Below are positions 1 through 7,318 of a DNA stretch of 64,000 nt, one piece after another. A program made the translations under genes and the position numbers. The DNA is from a virus (taxonomy: Duplodnaviria; Caudoviricetes), in IMG/VR virus record IMGVR_UViG_2974592485_000001, positions 42,186 to 106,185 of that record, one strand, 5' to 3'. The notes beneath the pieces are model-generated. The model did not search any database. It was given only the letters and a program-made list of their open reading frames with translations, and was not told where the DNA came from. Numbering within the stretch: the stretch's first letter is position 1; the number at the start of each line of letters is the position of its first letter.

Positions 1-19
1 ATTTTGCGTGCACCATCGT

Positions 20-291
20 ATGTTTATTGATGTCCTTTACCCATCTTCTCAATGAGTTATCCCGTGCGTTTGGTTGAGGGCTGAGAGGCCACCTCAGATT
101 CACTCAACTATCCAAGCTCTGTACTAAACGTTACAAACTCGAACCAGAGCGTAGAGTTTATGAGCAGTTTTACAGTCTGACAACTGTACGGTTTAGCTAT
201 TTCGATCTAACCTTGATAAGACACATCGTGGCCGATTTGCCCTCATAGTATGTACTCTAGCAGCGATCGCGTAGCTATACGCATCAAACAC
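20..291 (-). ncRNA. Candidate structured non-coding RNA domain (unidentified)
   Basis: No minus-strand ORF. Long-range pairing of 282-291 with 20-32 encloses several hairpins (minus strand gcgta/tacgc, tacagt/actgta, gttgag/ctcaac). Lies downstream of a strong leftward promoter. Confidence 0.35.
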
Positions 292-300
292 CTAACTCTT

Positions 301-370
301 TCCCACTGTAGGACTCGAACCTACGCCTGTACCCCTAGGGTACTATCATTTCCAACTAGACCAAGAGGGC
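301..370 (-). tRNA. Degenerate tRNA-like element (pseudo-tRNA; short anticodon loop centred on TAG)
   Basis: Minus strand reads GCCCTCT TG GTCT AGTTGGAAA TGAT A GTACC CTAGG GGTAC AGGC GTAGG TTCGAGT CCTAC AGTGGGA: perfect T-arm and a D-loop GG, but two acceptor-stem mismatches, a 5-nt anticodon loop and no CCA. Confidence 0.6.
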
Positions 371-374
371 AGTG

Positions 375-755
375 TTGTTACGTGATCAATTTCGACACCC
401 CGTAATTTGTGGCTGGTACACCCCTAATAAGACATCCTATTGGCATCCTACTCCAGACATACACTTCCCACATTTAGTAAAGAAGAGTTTACGAGATTCT
501 CAGTCAGCACTGAGGTTTTCTAGAGGAGAGCGAGCCACAATTCCGAACTTGTCATTCCTCAAACTCACAGATTCTCTCTAGGTATACTCACGATCCAGTT
601 TCACCCGCTAAGACTACTACATCCACGTGTACCTCAGCATAGTCTGCCTGCTGTTCTTTACTACATAAATTAAAGCATTTTAGGTGTGCGGTGTGGCACT
701 TTAACCTCTTAAGAGTACCCGAAGTGAACTTTTAGGATCTGACTCCCTCTGTAAA
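375..755 (-). ncRNA. Candidate structured non-coding RNA (possible pseudoknot)
   Basis: Directly downstream of the promoter at 782-810, with no ORF on that strand. A 10-bp helix (654-663/475-484) and an 8-bp helix (533-540/407-414) cross each other; extra local hairpins are present. Confidence 0.4.
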
Positions 756-781
756 CCTTCTTTTCTTTAATTTATGAATCT

Positions 782-810
782 ATTATACAGATTATTTAGC
801 TAAAAAGCAA
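782..810 (-). promoter_or_regulatory. T5-type strong sigma70 promoter
   Basis: TTGCTT-N17-TATAAT with an A-rich UP element and downstream AGATTCATAAATT, very like T5 PN25. Confidence 0.85.
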
Positions 811-818
811 ATGAATTT

Positions 819-1091
819 TTAATTAAATTCGTCCAACAACTTAACTATTATATCCCCATGACACAGGTTAGGCTTACAAAAACAACCTAAACGCTTCCCC
901 TCTAAGGCTAGAAGTCTATCTTTAAACGTAGAATCTGTAGATAGCCTATTTCTTAAATGCATCTCATATAATTTAATGCATTTTATTAGGCCATAATCCC
1001 TAGCCTCAAAAGGGTTTCCAAACTCAGAAGGGCGACCTATGTACACATCATATTCTTCGCCCTTCTTTATATTTACTACTTTAGTAGTCAT
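819..1091 (-). CDS. DUF4326-like protein
   Basis: YIGRPSEFGNPF ... LGCFCKP.CHGD motif. Confidence 0.75.
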   Translation of the reverse strand: MTTKVVNIKKGEEYDVYIGRPSEFGNPFEARDYGLIKCIKLYEMHLRNRLSTDSTFKDRLLALEGKRLGCFCKPNLCHGDIIVKLLDEFN

Positions 1092-1537
1092 TTTCCTGCT
1101 TCTTTCAAAACTCTGTCAGCAATCTGTGATGCCATCTTACCATCATACTGACCAGCAAACTCTGCCTTAAGTAGTCGCATTAAAATGGCTTTAGTAATCA
1201 CAGTATCTGTGTTTAGGTCAATAACTTGATTGAAGTACTGGACTAATTGGGCTTCCGATAGCAGTACAGGTGCATAACGTTCCCATAGCTCATCTAGAAG
1301 CTCTACAAACAGCTGATCAGGTTGATAATCAATCCCCAGCTCATTGGCTTTTGCTTCCGTAGTCTCAATAGCTTTATTTTGAGACTTGATATATTTTAAG
1401 AGTTCATCACGACTAATGTAATCTTTGTTTATACGTTGTAAGTCCCCTAACACTGTAGATACCGCTACAGTTGGATAACCGTTTTTACGAAAGGTTTCTA
1501 GGATTTCTCGTAGAACCGTAAGCATATTTTCGCCCAT
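1088..1537 (-). CDS. GatB/YqeY-like domain protein
   Basis: Helical 149-aa ORF with a C-terminal LKAEFAGQYDGKMAS motif; same position as in T5-like phages. Confidence 0.6.
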   Translation of the reverse strand: MGENMLTVLREILETFRKNGYPTVAVSTVLGDLQRINKDYISRDELLKYIKSQNKAIETTEAKANELGIDYQPDQLFVELLDELWERYAPVLLSEAQLVQYFNQVIDLNTDTVITKAILMRLLKAEFAGQYDGKMASQIADRVLKEAGK

Positions 1538-1545
1538 GATACTTC

Positions 1546-1998
1546 CTATGTTTTTGGTTTATAAAACTTATGCCCATCTATTTTCTTTGTTTTATCTAAG
1601 CTCTTAGCCCAATAAGGGTCTTTTCCACTATGGAAATATAGTGCCCCATGTGTCAAGTCCTCTGTCCAACCTTGGTAATATGTGATTTCAGCTAGTTTCT
1701 TAGCCTTATCCCACGCTTTCTTATTTTTTATCTTTAAACTTTTGTGCTTAGTCCATGTGAATTGACTTGGCTCGTATACTACGGAACAATATGTTGTAGG
1801 AAATTTGTTACTATAAACCCTGTTCCTAATAACTTGTCCCACAGCAGCCTGACCTTCTAAGGAAGTACCTCTAGCTTCAAAGTATATAGCTTGTGCTATA
1901 CAAGAGATTTCCTTAGTGTCTTTAGCACTTTTAGTAACCGTACCTACAGTATCATGAGGAATAGTTAGTAAAAGTGTTAACAGCAGCTCTGTTATCAT
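1546..1998 (-). CDS. SleB-like cell wall hydrolase (Hydrolase_2)
   Basis: CIAQAIYFEARG, VIRNRV, VVYEPSQFTW, GALYFH, IDGHKFY motifs; N-terminal hydrophobic segment. Confidence 0.9.
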   Translation of the reverse strand: MITELLLTLLLTIPHDTVGTVTKSAKDTKEISCIAQAIYFEARGTSLEGQAAVGQVIRNRVYSNKFPTTYCSVVYEPSQFTWTKHKSLKIKNKKAWDKAKKLAEITYYQGWTEDLTHGALYFHSGKDPYWAKSLDKTKKIDGHKFYKPKT

Positions 1999-2006
1999 AT
2001 TACCTC

Positions 2007-2368
2007 CAGTTCTAGGGTAGCTCTATCCTGTAAACAGCCTAGCGGTGTTAAGAGTCATATCTTATGAACTGCTAACCGTTAGTCTAGGATTTCATTAGCT
2101 CTGTACTCTGTATTTTCAAGTTTGATCTTTCAAGTTTAAACTTTTATCGCTAACCTTTAAGCTTGTAAGCTTTAACCTTTGAAGATATGTTAGGCGCGCA
2201 GCCTATCAACATTTTAGAATACGGATTAAATGTCCGGTCTATAACGTCAATCTCCTAGTGAGATTTACCTTTAGGTTTGGTTAGCCACTAAGTTTAACCC
2301 CCCGACGTGGCTAATAAGGGGTAAGATGTTATCAACTTCGTAAACAGAATAAAGCTACCTTAGAACTG
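2007..2368 (-). ncRNA. Candidate structured ncRNA with heptamer-repeat array
   Basis: 24-bp terminal stem 2345-2368/2007-2030 (23 of 24 paired, two G-U pairs on the minus strand), several internal hairpins and 12 tandem ~7-nt units. Confidence 0.7.
2096..2180 (-). repeat. Twelve degenerate tandem 7-nt units
   Basis: aaaggtt aaagctt acaagctt aaaggtt agcgata aaagttt aaacttg aaagatc aaacttg aaaatac agagtac agagcta. Confidence 0.8.
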
Positions 2369-2393
2369 CCCTATTTCTAGGGCAGGATTACTA

Positions 2394-3026
2394 TCAAACT
2401 TCGATAGTAGTCTTAGCGTTAGACTCTGACAAGGCAAAGTCAACGTTAAGCTCAAAATCTTCAATAGACTCTTGAAGGGCTTTGATTCGAGCGTCAAGAC
2501 CAATTGGGTCTAGGACGTTAGGAGTGCTACGAACCTCGATAGGCTGAGTAATCATAGCAATATCCTCTGCGGATACCTTCTTATCCTTGCCAAAAGCTGC
2601 TGCTCTAGCGTCTTCTAGCTTCTTGTTAAAGCCTTCCAGACGAGTAGCATGCTCCCGATCCATTTGGATTTTCTGCTTAGTCATAGAGATAAGCAACTGC
2701 TTTTCATACCCAATGCTACGCTTAGCCTCAATTGCAGCAGCTACAGTCATAACCTTCTGACCTATAGTTACCTCTGTTACTGCGTTAGAGGCTACGATAG
2801 CTGCTTTGATCTTAGCTCGCTCAGAAATCATATCAGTAACACTTTGAAGTGCTCCAGTGATCTGGGAGGTCACGTCTTCTACGGTGTTAGAGTAGCCCGC
2901 AACCTTAGTAAAGTTACCTGTACCATCTGTTTGTGCGTAAAACTTCAAACGAGGAAGCTCACGCTCAATTTTAGCATCCAGTGCCTTTGCAGTTGCCAGT
3001 GCTTTAGTAATTGTCATAGTAGTCAT
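2394..3026 (-). CDS. Conserved 210-aa coiled-coil protein of unknown function
   Basis: AGGAGA RBS before ATG 3026 (MTTMTITKAL...); helical heptad character; IVASNA.TEV and LSESNA.TTIEV internal repeat. Resembles a T5 hypothetical protein at the same locus. Confidence 0.85.
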   Translation of the reverse strand: MTTMTITKALATAKALDAKIERELPRLKFYAQTDGTGNFTKVAGYSNTVEDVTSQITGALQSVTDMISERAKIKAAIVASNAVTEVTIGQKVMTVAAAIEAKRSIGYEKQLLISMTKQKIQMDREHATRLEGFNKKLEDARAAAFGKDKKVSAEDIAMITQPIEVRSTPNVLDPIGLDARIKALQESIEDFELNVDFALSESNAKTTIEV

Positions 3027-3066
3027 GTGTATTCTCCTAATTAATCTTTGAGGTTTAGTTTTTTTG

Positions 3067-3216
3067 TTATTCTTGGTTAATAACCTTAACCAGTCCACCT
3101 GTAGCTCGGTTCAGCAGGGCTAGTACTTTGATATGCCCTGAGGTAATTTCTTTCTGTTTACGTTCATCACGAGCTGAAGACTGTTTGATTTTGCGTGGCT
3201 TTTTGGATACTGGCAT
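3067..3216 (-). CDS. Small basic 49-aa protein
   Basis: MPVSKKPRKIKQSSARDERKQKEITSGHIKVLALLNRATGGLVKVINQE; AAGGA RBS; first gene after the promoter at 3248-3276. Below the ORF-track cutoff. Confidence 0.7.
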   Translation of the reverse strand: MPVSKKPRKIKQSSARDERKQKEITSGHIKVLALLNRATGGLVKVINQE

Positions 3217-3247
3217 TTTTATTTTCCTTTGTTCAAATTAGATAAAT

Positions 3248-3276
3248 ATTATACGACATTTTTAAGCATCAGGCAA
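3248..3276 (-). promoter_or_regulatory. Sigma70 promoter
   Basis: TTGCCT-N17-TATAAT. Confidence 0.8.
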
Positions 3277-3284
3277 ATATAATT

Positions 3285-3974
3285 TTATACAAGCTGACTA
3301 ATTAATCGGATTTCAAATCCTTCTACCAAGGCATCATATACGGGATCATGTTTGGTTGCAGTTCTAGCCTTTCCTAGCCCAAACATTTTGAAGTACTCGA
3401 TTGTTAAATCTACCGCTACCTTCTGAATATCTGTTTTATACGAGTCTGCCCCGTATCTACTAGTATAAAGAGCACGAAGACTCCGGAGGTTTCCTTGCTG
3501 CCAAAAATCACATAAAGGTTTTTCAAACCCTAAGTCATGGTAGTGTGCTTCTAGAATCTTATGGTCGAACTCATTACCATTACCGTAGCTCATGTCATAC
3601 TTACCCGTATTGGCAGAATACCATTGCTGGATATCCCTTAATACTTGAGTGTTGTTAGCTACTTTAACAGTAGGTATACTGTCTGATTCTTTGCCATATA
3701 CTGTAACCTCTGGAGTAATATCTCCAGAAAGGATGCTAATAATCTCATCAGATGGCAACGTATTTTTATACGCTTCTTTCATCCAAAAGGCTATAGTTGA
3801 AGCTGTTGCTACGGCTCCTCGGTTAAATTGCTCCTCTACATTGAGAGTAGCCATGATTACCTTAGGATAATCATTATCGGGGAATACAGCAACTGCTACA
3901 CTAGGCATAGCAATAAGGTTAGTTGTACCAGAGTTTGTACCTAAAGTCTCAATATCAATTACTGAAAATGTCAT
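3285..3974 (-). CDS. DEDDh 3'-5' exonuclease (DexA/ExoVIII-like)
   Basis: DIETLG (ExoI), GNGNEFD (ExoII), HDPVYDA (ExoIII). Confidence 0.75.
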   Translation of the reverse strand: MTFSVIDIETLGTNSGTTNLIAMPSVAVAVFPDNDYPKVIMATLNVEEQFNRGAVATASTIAFWMKEAYKNTLPSDEIISILSGDITPEVTVYGKESDSIPTVKVANNTQVLRDIQQWYSANTGKYDMSYGNGNEFDHKILEAHYHDLGFEKPLCDFWQQGNLRSLRALYTSRYGADSYKTDIQKVAVDLTIEYFKMFGLGKARTATKHDPVYDALVEGFEIRLISQLV

Positions 3975-3999
3975 TAGTTTTTCCTCTTGTTAAAAACGC

Positions 4000-4218
4000 T
4001 TAACAATCTCTAGTATTGTTAAGCCCTTTCTTGGGCTTTGGAGGGGTAATCCAGTCCTGGTCTACTCCCCAGTTTTCCTCATTACTAGGACTAATGAAAC
4101 CATCAAACTCATCCGCCATTTCTAGCAACTGTTTAGTTGTAAGGCGCGTATAGTCCTTACCGGACTTGTGCGCGCCTCCTACGTTAAAGTCATGTTTTGC
4201 TACTAGATTATTAGACAC
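4000..4218 (-). CDS. Hypothetical protein (T5-like conserved)
   Basis: NLVAKHDFN N-terminus typical of a conserved small phage protein; operon position. Confidence 0.7.
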   Translation of the reverse strand: MSNNLVAKHDFNVGGAHKSGKDYTRLTTKQLLEMADEFDGFISPSNEENWGVDQDWITPPKPKKGLNNTRDC

Positions 4219-4510
4219 CTAAATACTCCTTACAGTATCGATCTAAGGCTTCTTTAGCTTCGTTTTCTGACAAGAAGAAACCTTGAGAGAATTGACCGCA
4301 TTCATCAGAATATTCAAACCATTCAGCTTGCATGAGGTATAAAGACTCTGTATCAGGGCTACTAGCAACTGTCAATCTAAAAATATTTGGAGTACTGGTA
4401 GCGTGTGAAGTAATAGCACCCTCATAAAATAGTCTGTCTACTATTACTCCCAAAATATAACTTGGTGCTGGCATAACAAATTCCTTAGTAGGGGCTTTCG
4501 CCCCTGTCAA
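4211..4510 (-). CDS. Hypothetical protein
   Basis: Fills the gap between coupled ORFs; start codon uncertain. Confidence 0.55.
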   Translation of the reverse strand: MTGAKAPTKEFVMPAPSYILGVIVDRLFYEGAITSHATSTPNIFRLTVASSPDTESLYLMQAEWFEYSDECGQFSQGFFLSENEAKEALDRYCKEYLGV

Positions 4511-4511
4511 A

Positions 4512-4997
4512 TTATTTTGATTTACGACGTGGCTTGCTGCTAGAACGCTTGATTCCTAGGTGGAAGCAGATTGCTCGAGCATCCTCAGCATCGTACTCTT
4601 TGCCAAAGAGATTTGGCTTCACTGAACCAAAGGTTGCTCTTTGTTCCATAATAAACTTAGACAACTCACGACGTCGACTAGACATCTGTCGGGTGTAGTC
4701 CTTCGGTGCCATAGTACCTTTAGGGTAAAACTCGTTATCCAGATATGTTCCTGTAACTACAGGGACGCTTTTGTGTCCGTATCCTGCAACAAAGGCTACT
4801 AGCCGAGCTTTAGCTCGGGACTTGGTAGAACCTTTAACCTGAGGCTTAGCTCGTGGCGTAAAGCTCTTAACTGCTTTAGCAGTCTGTGCATCGTTTGGGT
4901 GTGCCTTCAAATGGCGCGCCAGACGACGAGCACGATTAGCTTCGGTTTTGCTGGTGTCTTTTACCACTACAGTTTTTGTATTTTTAGACTTAGCCAT
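4512..4997 (-). CDS. Basic hypothetical protein (T5-like conserved)
   Basis: RBS, strong codon bias, RRLARHLKAHPNDAQ motif. Confidence 0.8.
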   Translation of the reverse strand: MAKSKNTKTVVVKDTSKTEANRARRLARHLKAHPNDAQTAKAVKSFTPRAKPQVKGSTKSRAKARLVAFVAGYGHKSVPVVTGTYLDNEFYPKGTMAPKDYTRQMSSRRRELSKFIMEQRATFGSVKPNLFGKEYDAEDARAICFHLGIKRSSSKPRRKSK

Positions 4998-5034
4998 TTT
5001 TATTTCCTTTGTTTGTTCATTAATTTATGAGATA

Positions 5035-5063
5035 ATTATACGCTTTATTTTGATAAATAGCAA
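5035..5063 (-). promoter_or_regulatory. Sigma70 promoter
   Basis: TTGCTA-N17-TATAAT. Confidence 0.8.
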
Positions 5064-5078
5064 CTAAAATTTTATAAA

Positions 5079-5354
5079 TTATCGTCCGATCGTTTTTGCT
5101 TGTTCTTCGCTTGCAATATACGTGTACGCCCCTTTATTGAATGCGGGTGCTGTGCATAGCTTCTTACGCTCTATTTCTTCCAAAGCTTTAGCTTCTCTAG
5201 CAGCCATTTCAGGATCGAGAATCTCTTTTTGGACTGGTGGTGGAGGGTTCCTAGTACTAGGCTCTCCGATGTTAATCCCTTTGTTCGGTCTACGAGGAGA
5301 CTCAGCTCTTTTACGTAAGGGGATAATCCAAGGTGGTGAGTTATACGTTGGCAC
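5079..5354 (-). CDS. Hypothetical protein (conserved C-terminal APAFNKGAY motif)
   Basis: AAGGAG RBS with GTG start; phage-conserved C-terminus. Confidence 0.7.
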   Translation of the reverse strand: MPTYNSPPWIIPLRKRAESPRRPNKGINIGEPSTRNPPPPVQKEILDPEMAAREAKALEEIERKKLCTAPAFNKGAYTYIASEEQAKTIGR

Positions 5355-5560
5355 GGGTTCTCCTTGTAAACTACATGTGAGTCTGTTCTGTAAGCAAGCA
5401 CTAGGAAACCTTTTTCTTGTAGTTTCTTAGCTGCCGTAACGGTTTGATGATAGTAACCTGTAGGATTCCTGGAGACTCTGAACTCCCCATAGGCTATTAG
5501 ATGGCAGGCAACCCTCTCTGCAAATTCTTTTGTTACTCCGAATTCCTTAGTAGTTGCCAT
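5171..5560 (-). CDS. Hypothetical protein
   Basis: RBS and first gene after the promoter; its 3' part overlaps the next gene by 184 bp. Confidence 0.55.
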   Translation of the reverse strand: MATTKEFGVTKEFAERVACHLIAYGEFRVSRNPTGYYHQTVTAAKKLQEKGFLVLAYRTDSHVVYKENPCQRITHHLGLSPYVKELSLLVDRTKGLTSESLVLGTLHHQSKKRFSILKWLLEKLKLWKK

Positions 5561-5590
5561 TTGCTAATCCTTCTCTAAATTTATGGAATA

Positions 5591-5619
5591 ATTATACAGA
5601 TTATTAGGCTAAATAGCAA
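5591..5619 (-). promoter_or_regulatory. Sigma70 promoter
   Basis: TTGCTA-N17-TATAAT. Confidence 0.8.
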
Positions 5620-5772
5620 ATAAAATTTTAAAAAACATTTTCTAACTCTTTTGCGTAGTTAAATTTAAACATAGATAGGCGCCATAACCGGTAGTTTCTT
5701 TCCTCTATACTAGAGGAAAAATAAACACTACGTTTTATATCGTGATATGTACGCCTAATACCTAGGATATAT

Positions 5773-6252
5773 TCAGGACTTAAGATAATCATCTAATTCG
5801 TGCTCCGATAGTACAACATTACACAATGCGTCAACCCTGTCATTTCTAGGATCTCCCGAATGCCCCTTAACCTTAATAAAGGTTGGAATCTCCCCATGAA
5901 AATCCTTATATTTAGTTAATAGCGTGAATGCCTCTTTCCACAATTCTAAGTTTAAGGGGGTCTGGCCATCTGCCTTCTTCCACCCCTTCCTCTGCCACGA
6001 CCATAACCAAGACTCCATACCATTTTTAACATAGGTAGAGTCAGTATATACTTTAATGGGTCTTCCATCAGATTTAGTTGCCCACCTAAGTAGCTCTACT
6101 ACTGCAGTTACTTCCATCTCATTGTTGGTAGTTTCTGAACTATAACCTGATTTCTTCCCTAGCATATCGTCGTTTTCATCAAACACACAGAAAGCCCAGG
6201 ATCCTTTCCCGGGGTTACCTCTGCAAGCCCCATCAGTAAATACGTGAAACAT
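5773..6252 (-). CDS. rnh: Ribonuclease HI
   Basis: FTDGACRGNPG, TTNNEME, YTDSTY, VKGHSG..N..VD motifs. Confidence 0.95.
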   Translation of the reverse strand: MFHVFTDGACRGNPGKGSWAFCVFDENDDMLGKKSGYSSETTNNEMEVTAVVELLRWATKSDGRPIKVYTDSTYVKNGMESWLWSWQRKGWKKADGQTPLNLELWKEAFTLLTKYKDFHGEIPTFIKVKGHSGDPRNDRVDALCNVVLSEHELDDYLKS

Positions 6253-6476
6253 TATTGATAACCTCTCTCATTTGGGTGCTCCAGTTGTGCTGGAGGTGGT
6301 GGAGGTGGAGGTATGCCCCTACGGGCTGGACTAATAATACCTAGCAGATTGTTTAGAATGTAGTCAATACCTTCTCCTATCATTTTGTCTAATATAGGTT
6401 TTGTGTAGTGGGGTACCAAAGCTTCATATTTTCGTTTCTGCTTTTCATCTAAGTAAAATTTTGGTGTAAAAATCAT
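6252..6476 (-). CDS. Hypothetical protein with a 7-proline tract
   Basis: Lies between thyA and rnh; TAATG stop/start coupling to rnh. Confidence 0.65.
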   Translation of the reverse strand: MIFTPKFYLDEKQKRKYEALVPHYTKPILDKMIGEGIDYILNNLLGIISPARRGIPPPPPPPAQLEHPNERGYQ

Positions 6477-6484
6477 ATTAATCC

Positions 6485-7318
6485 TTAGGCTGACATTTTG
6501 CCCACTAGTTTGCCATGTGGGTTATAGTCCTTTAAGATAAAGTCTTTAGCATCTAGAGCTAATACCTCTTCTAAAGTAGAAAACTCAGGTAAGATTAATT
6601 CTGGTAAGTCTTTAGGCTCTCTGGTGAGTTGTTCTGTAATCTGATCTATGTGGTTCTGGTAGATGTGCGTATCCCCTAGATGTACACATAGTTCTCCAAC
6701 ATCTAGCCCACAAATCTGTGCTAAAATATGTGCTAGTGTTGCGTAACTTGCAATATTATAAGGTAACCCTAGGAATACATCACAACTAGGCTGATACCAA
6801 GTAAGATTTAACTTATTCTTGCGGGTATTAACAACGAACATAAGATGACACGGAGATAGTACCATATCTGGTAAATCTAAGGGATTCCATGCGGATACAA
6901 TCATTTTACGATTATGGAATGTATCGTTCTTAATATCTTTGATTAACTTAGTGATCTGGTCTACTTGGATAAATGATCGCCATTGTTTACCATAGATTGG
7001 TCCTAGGTAACCATCTTCGTACCCCTTTTCTTTACCCTGCTTCTCGTAATTACCCGTCCAGATAGTACCCCTCTCGCCTCTAGTGCCGTACGTCCGCTCT
7101 TCCAGATCATACATGTTAGTAGAGCCTGAAAGGAACCAAAGTAACTCCGCAACTACTCCTCTAAAGAATAGATGCTTTGTAGTAACTGCTGGGAATCCCT
7201 TTTGCAAATCGAATTTTAACATACGGTTTAAGACAGACACTGTGCCAGTCCCAGTCCGATCCATAATCCAATCACCGTTAGCTAGTACGTCTTGTGCTAG
7301 ATCTAAATACTGCTGCAT
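6485..7318 (-). CDS. thyA: Thymidylate synthase
   Basis: DRTGTGT, ELLWFLSG, LSPCH, DVFLGLPYN, HIYQNH motifs. Confidence 0.97.
   Translation of the reverse strand: MQQYLDLAQDVLANGDWIMDRTGTGTVSVLNRMLKFDLQKGFPAVTTKHLFFRGVVAELLWFLSGSTNMYDLEERTYGTRGERGTIWTGNYEKQGKEKGYEDGYLGPIYGKQWRSFIQVDQITKLIKDIKNDTFHNRKMIVSAWNPLDLPDMVLSPCHLMFVVNTRKNKLNLTWYQPSCDVFLGLPYNIASYATLAHILAQICGLDVGELCVHLGDTHIYQNHIDQITEQLTREPKDLPELILPEFSTLEEVLALDAKDFILKDYNPHGKLVGKMSA

Noticed and set aside
372-581. 69-aa + strand ORF
   Set aside because: Antisense to the strong leftward promoter, no RBS, and lies within the structured non-coding region.
375-755. Group I intron, RNase P RNA or tmRNA
   Set aside because: Could not find the diagnostic conserved motifs, flanking exons, or a tag ORF with tRNA-Ala-like ends.
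2096-2180. CRISPR array or coding microsatellite
   Set aside because: Units are 7 nt with no repeat-spacer architecture, there are no cas genes, and the period is not a multiple of 3.
3027-3098. N-terminal extension of the 234-aa ORF
   Set aside because: The RBS supports ATG 3026, and the extension overlaps the 49-aa upstream gene.
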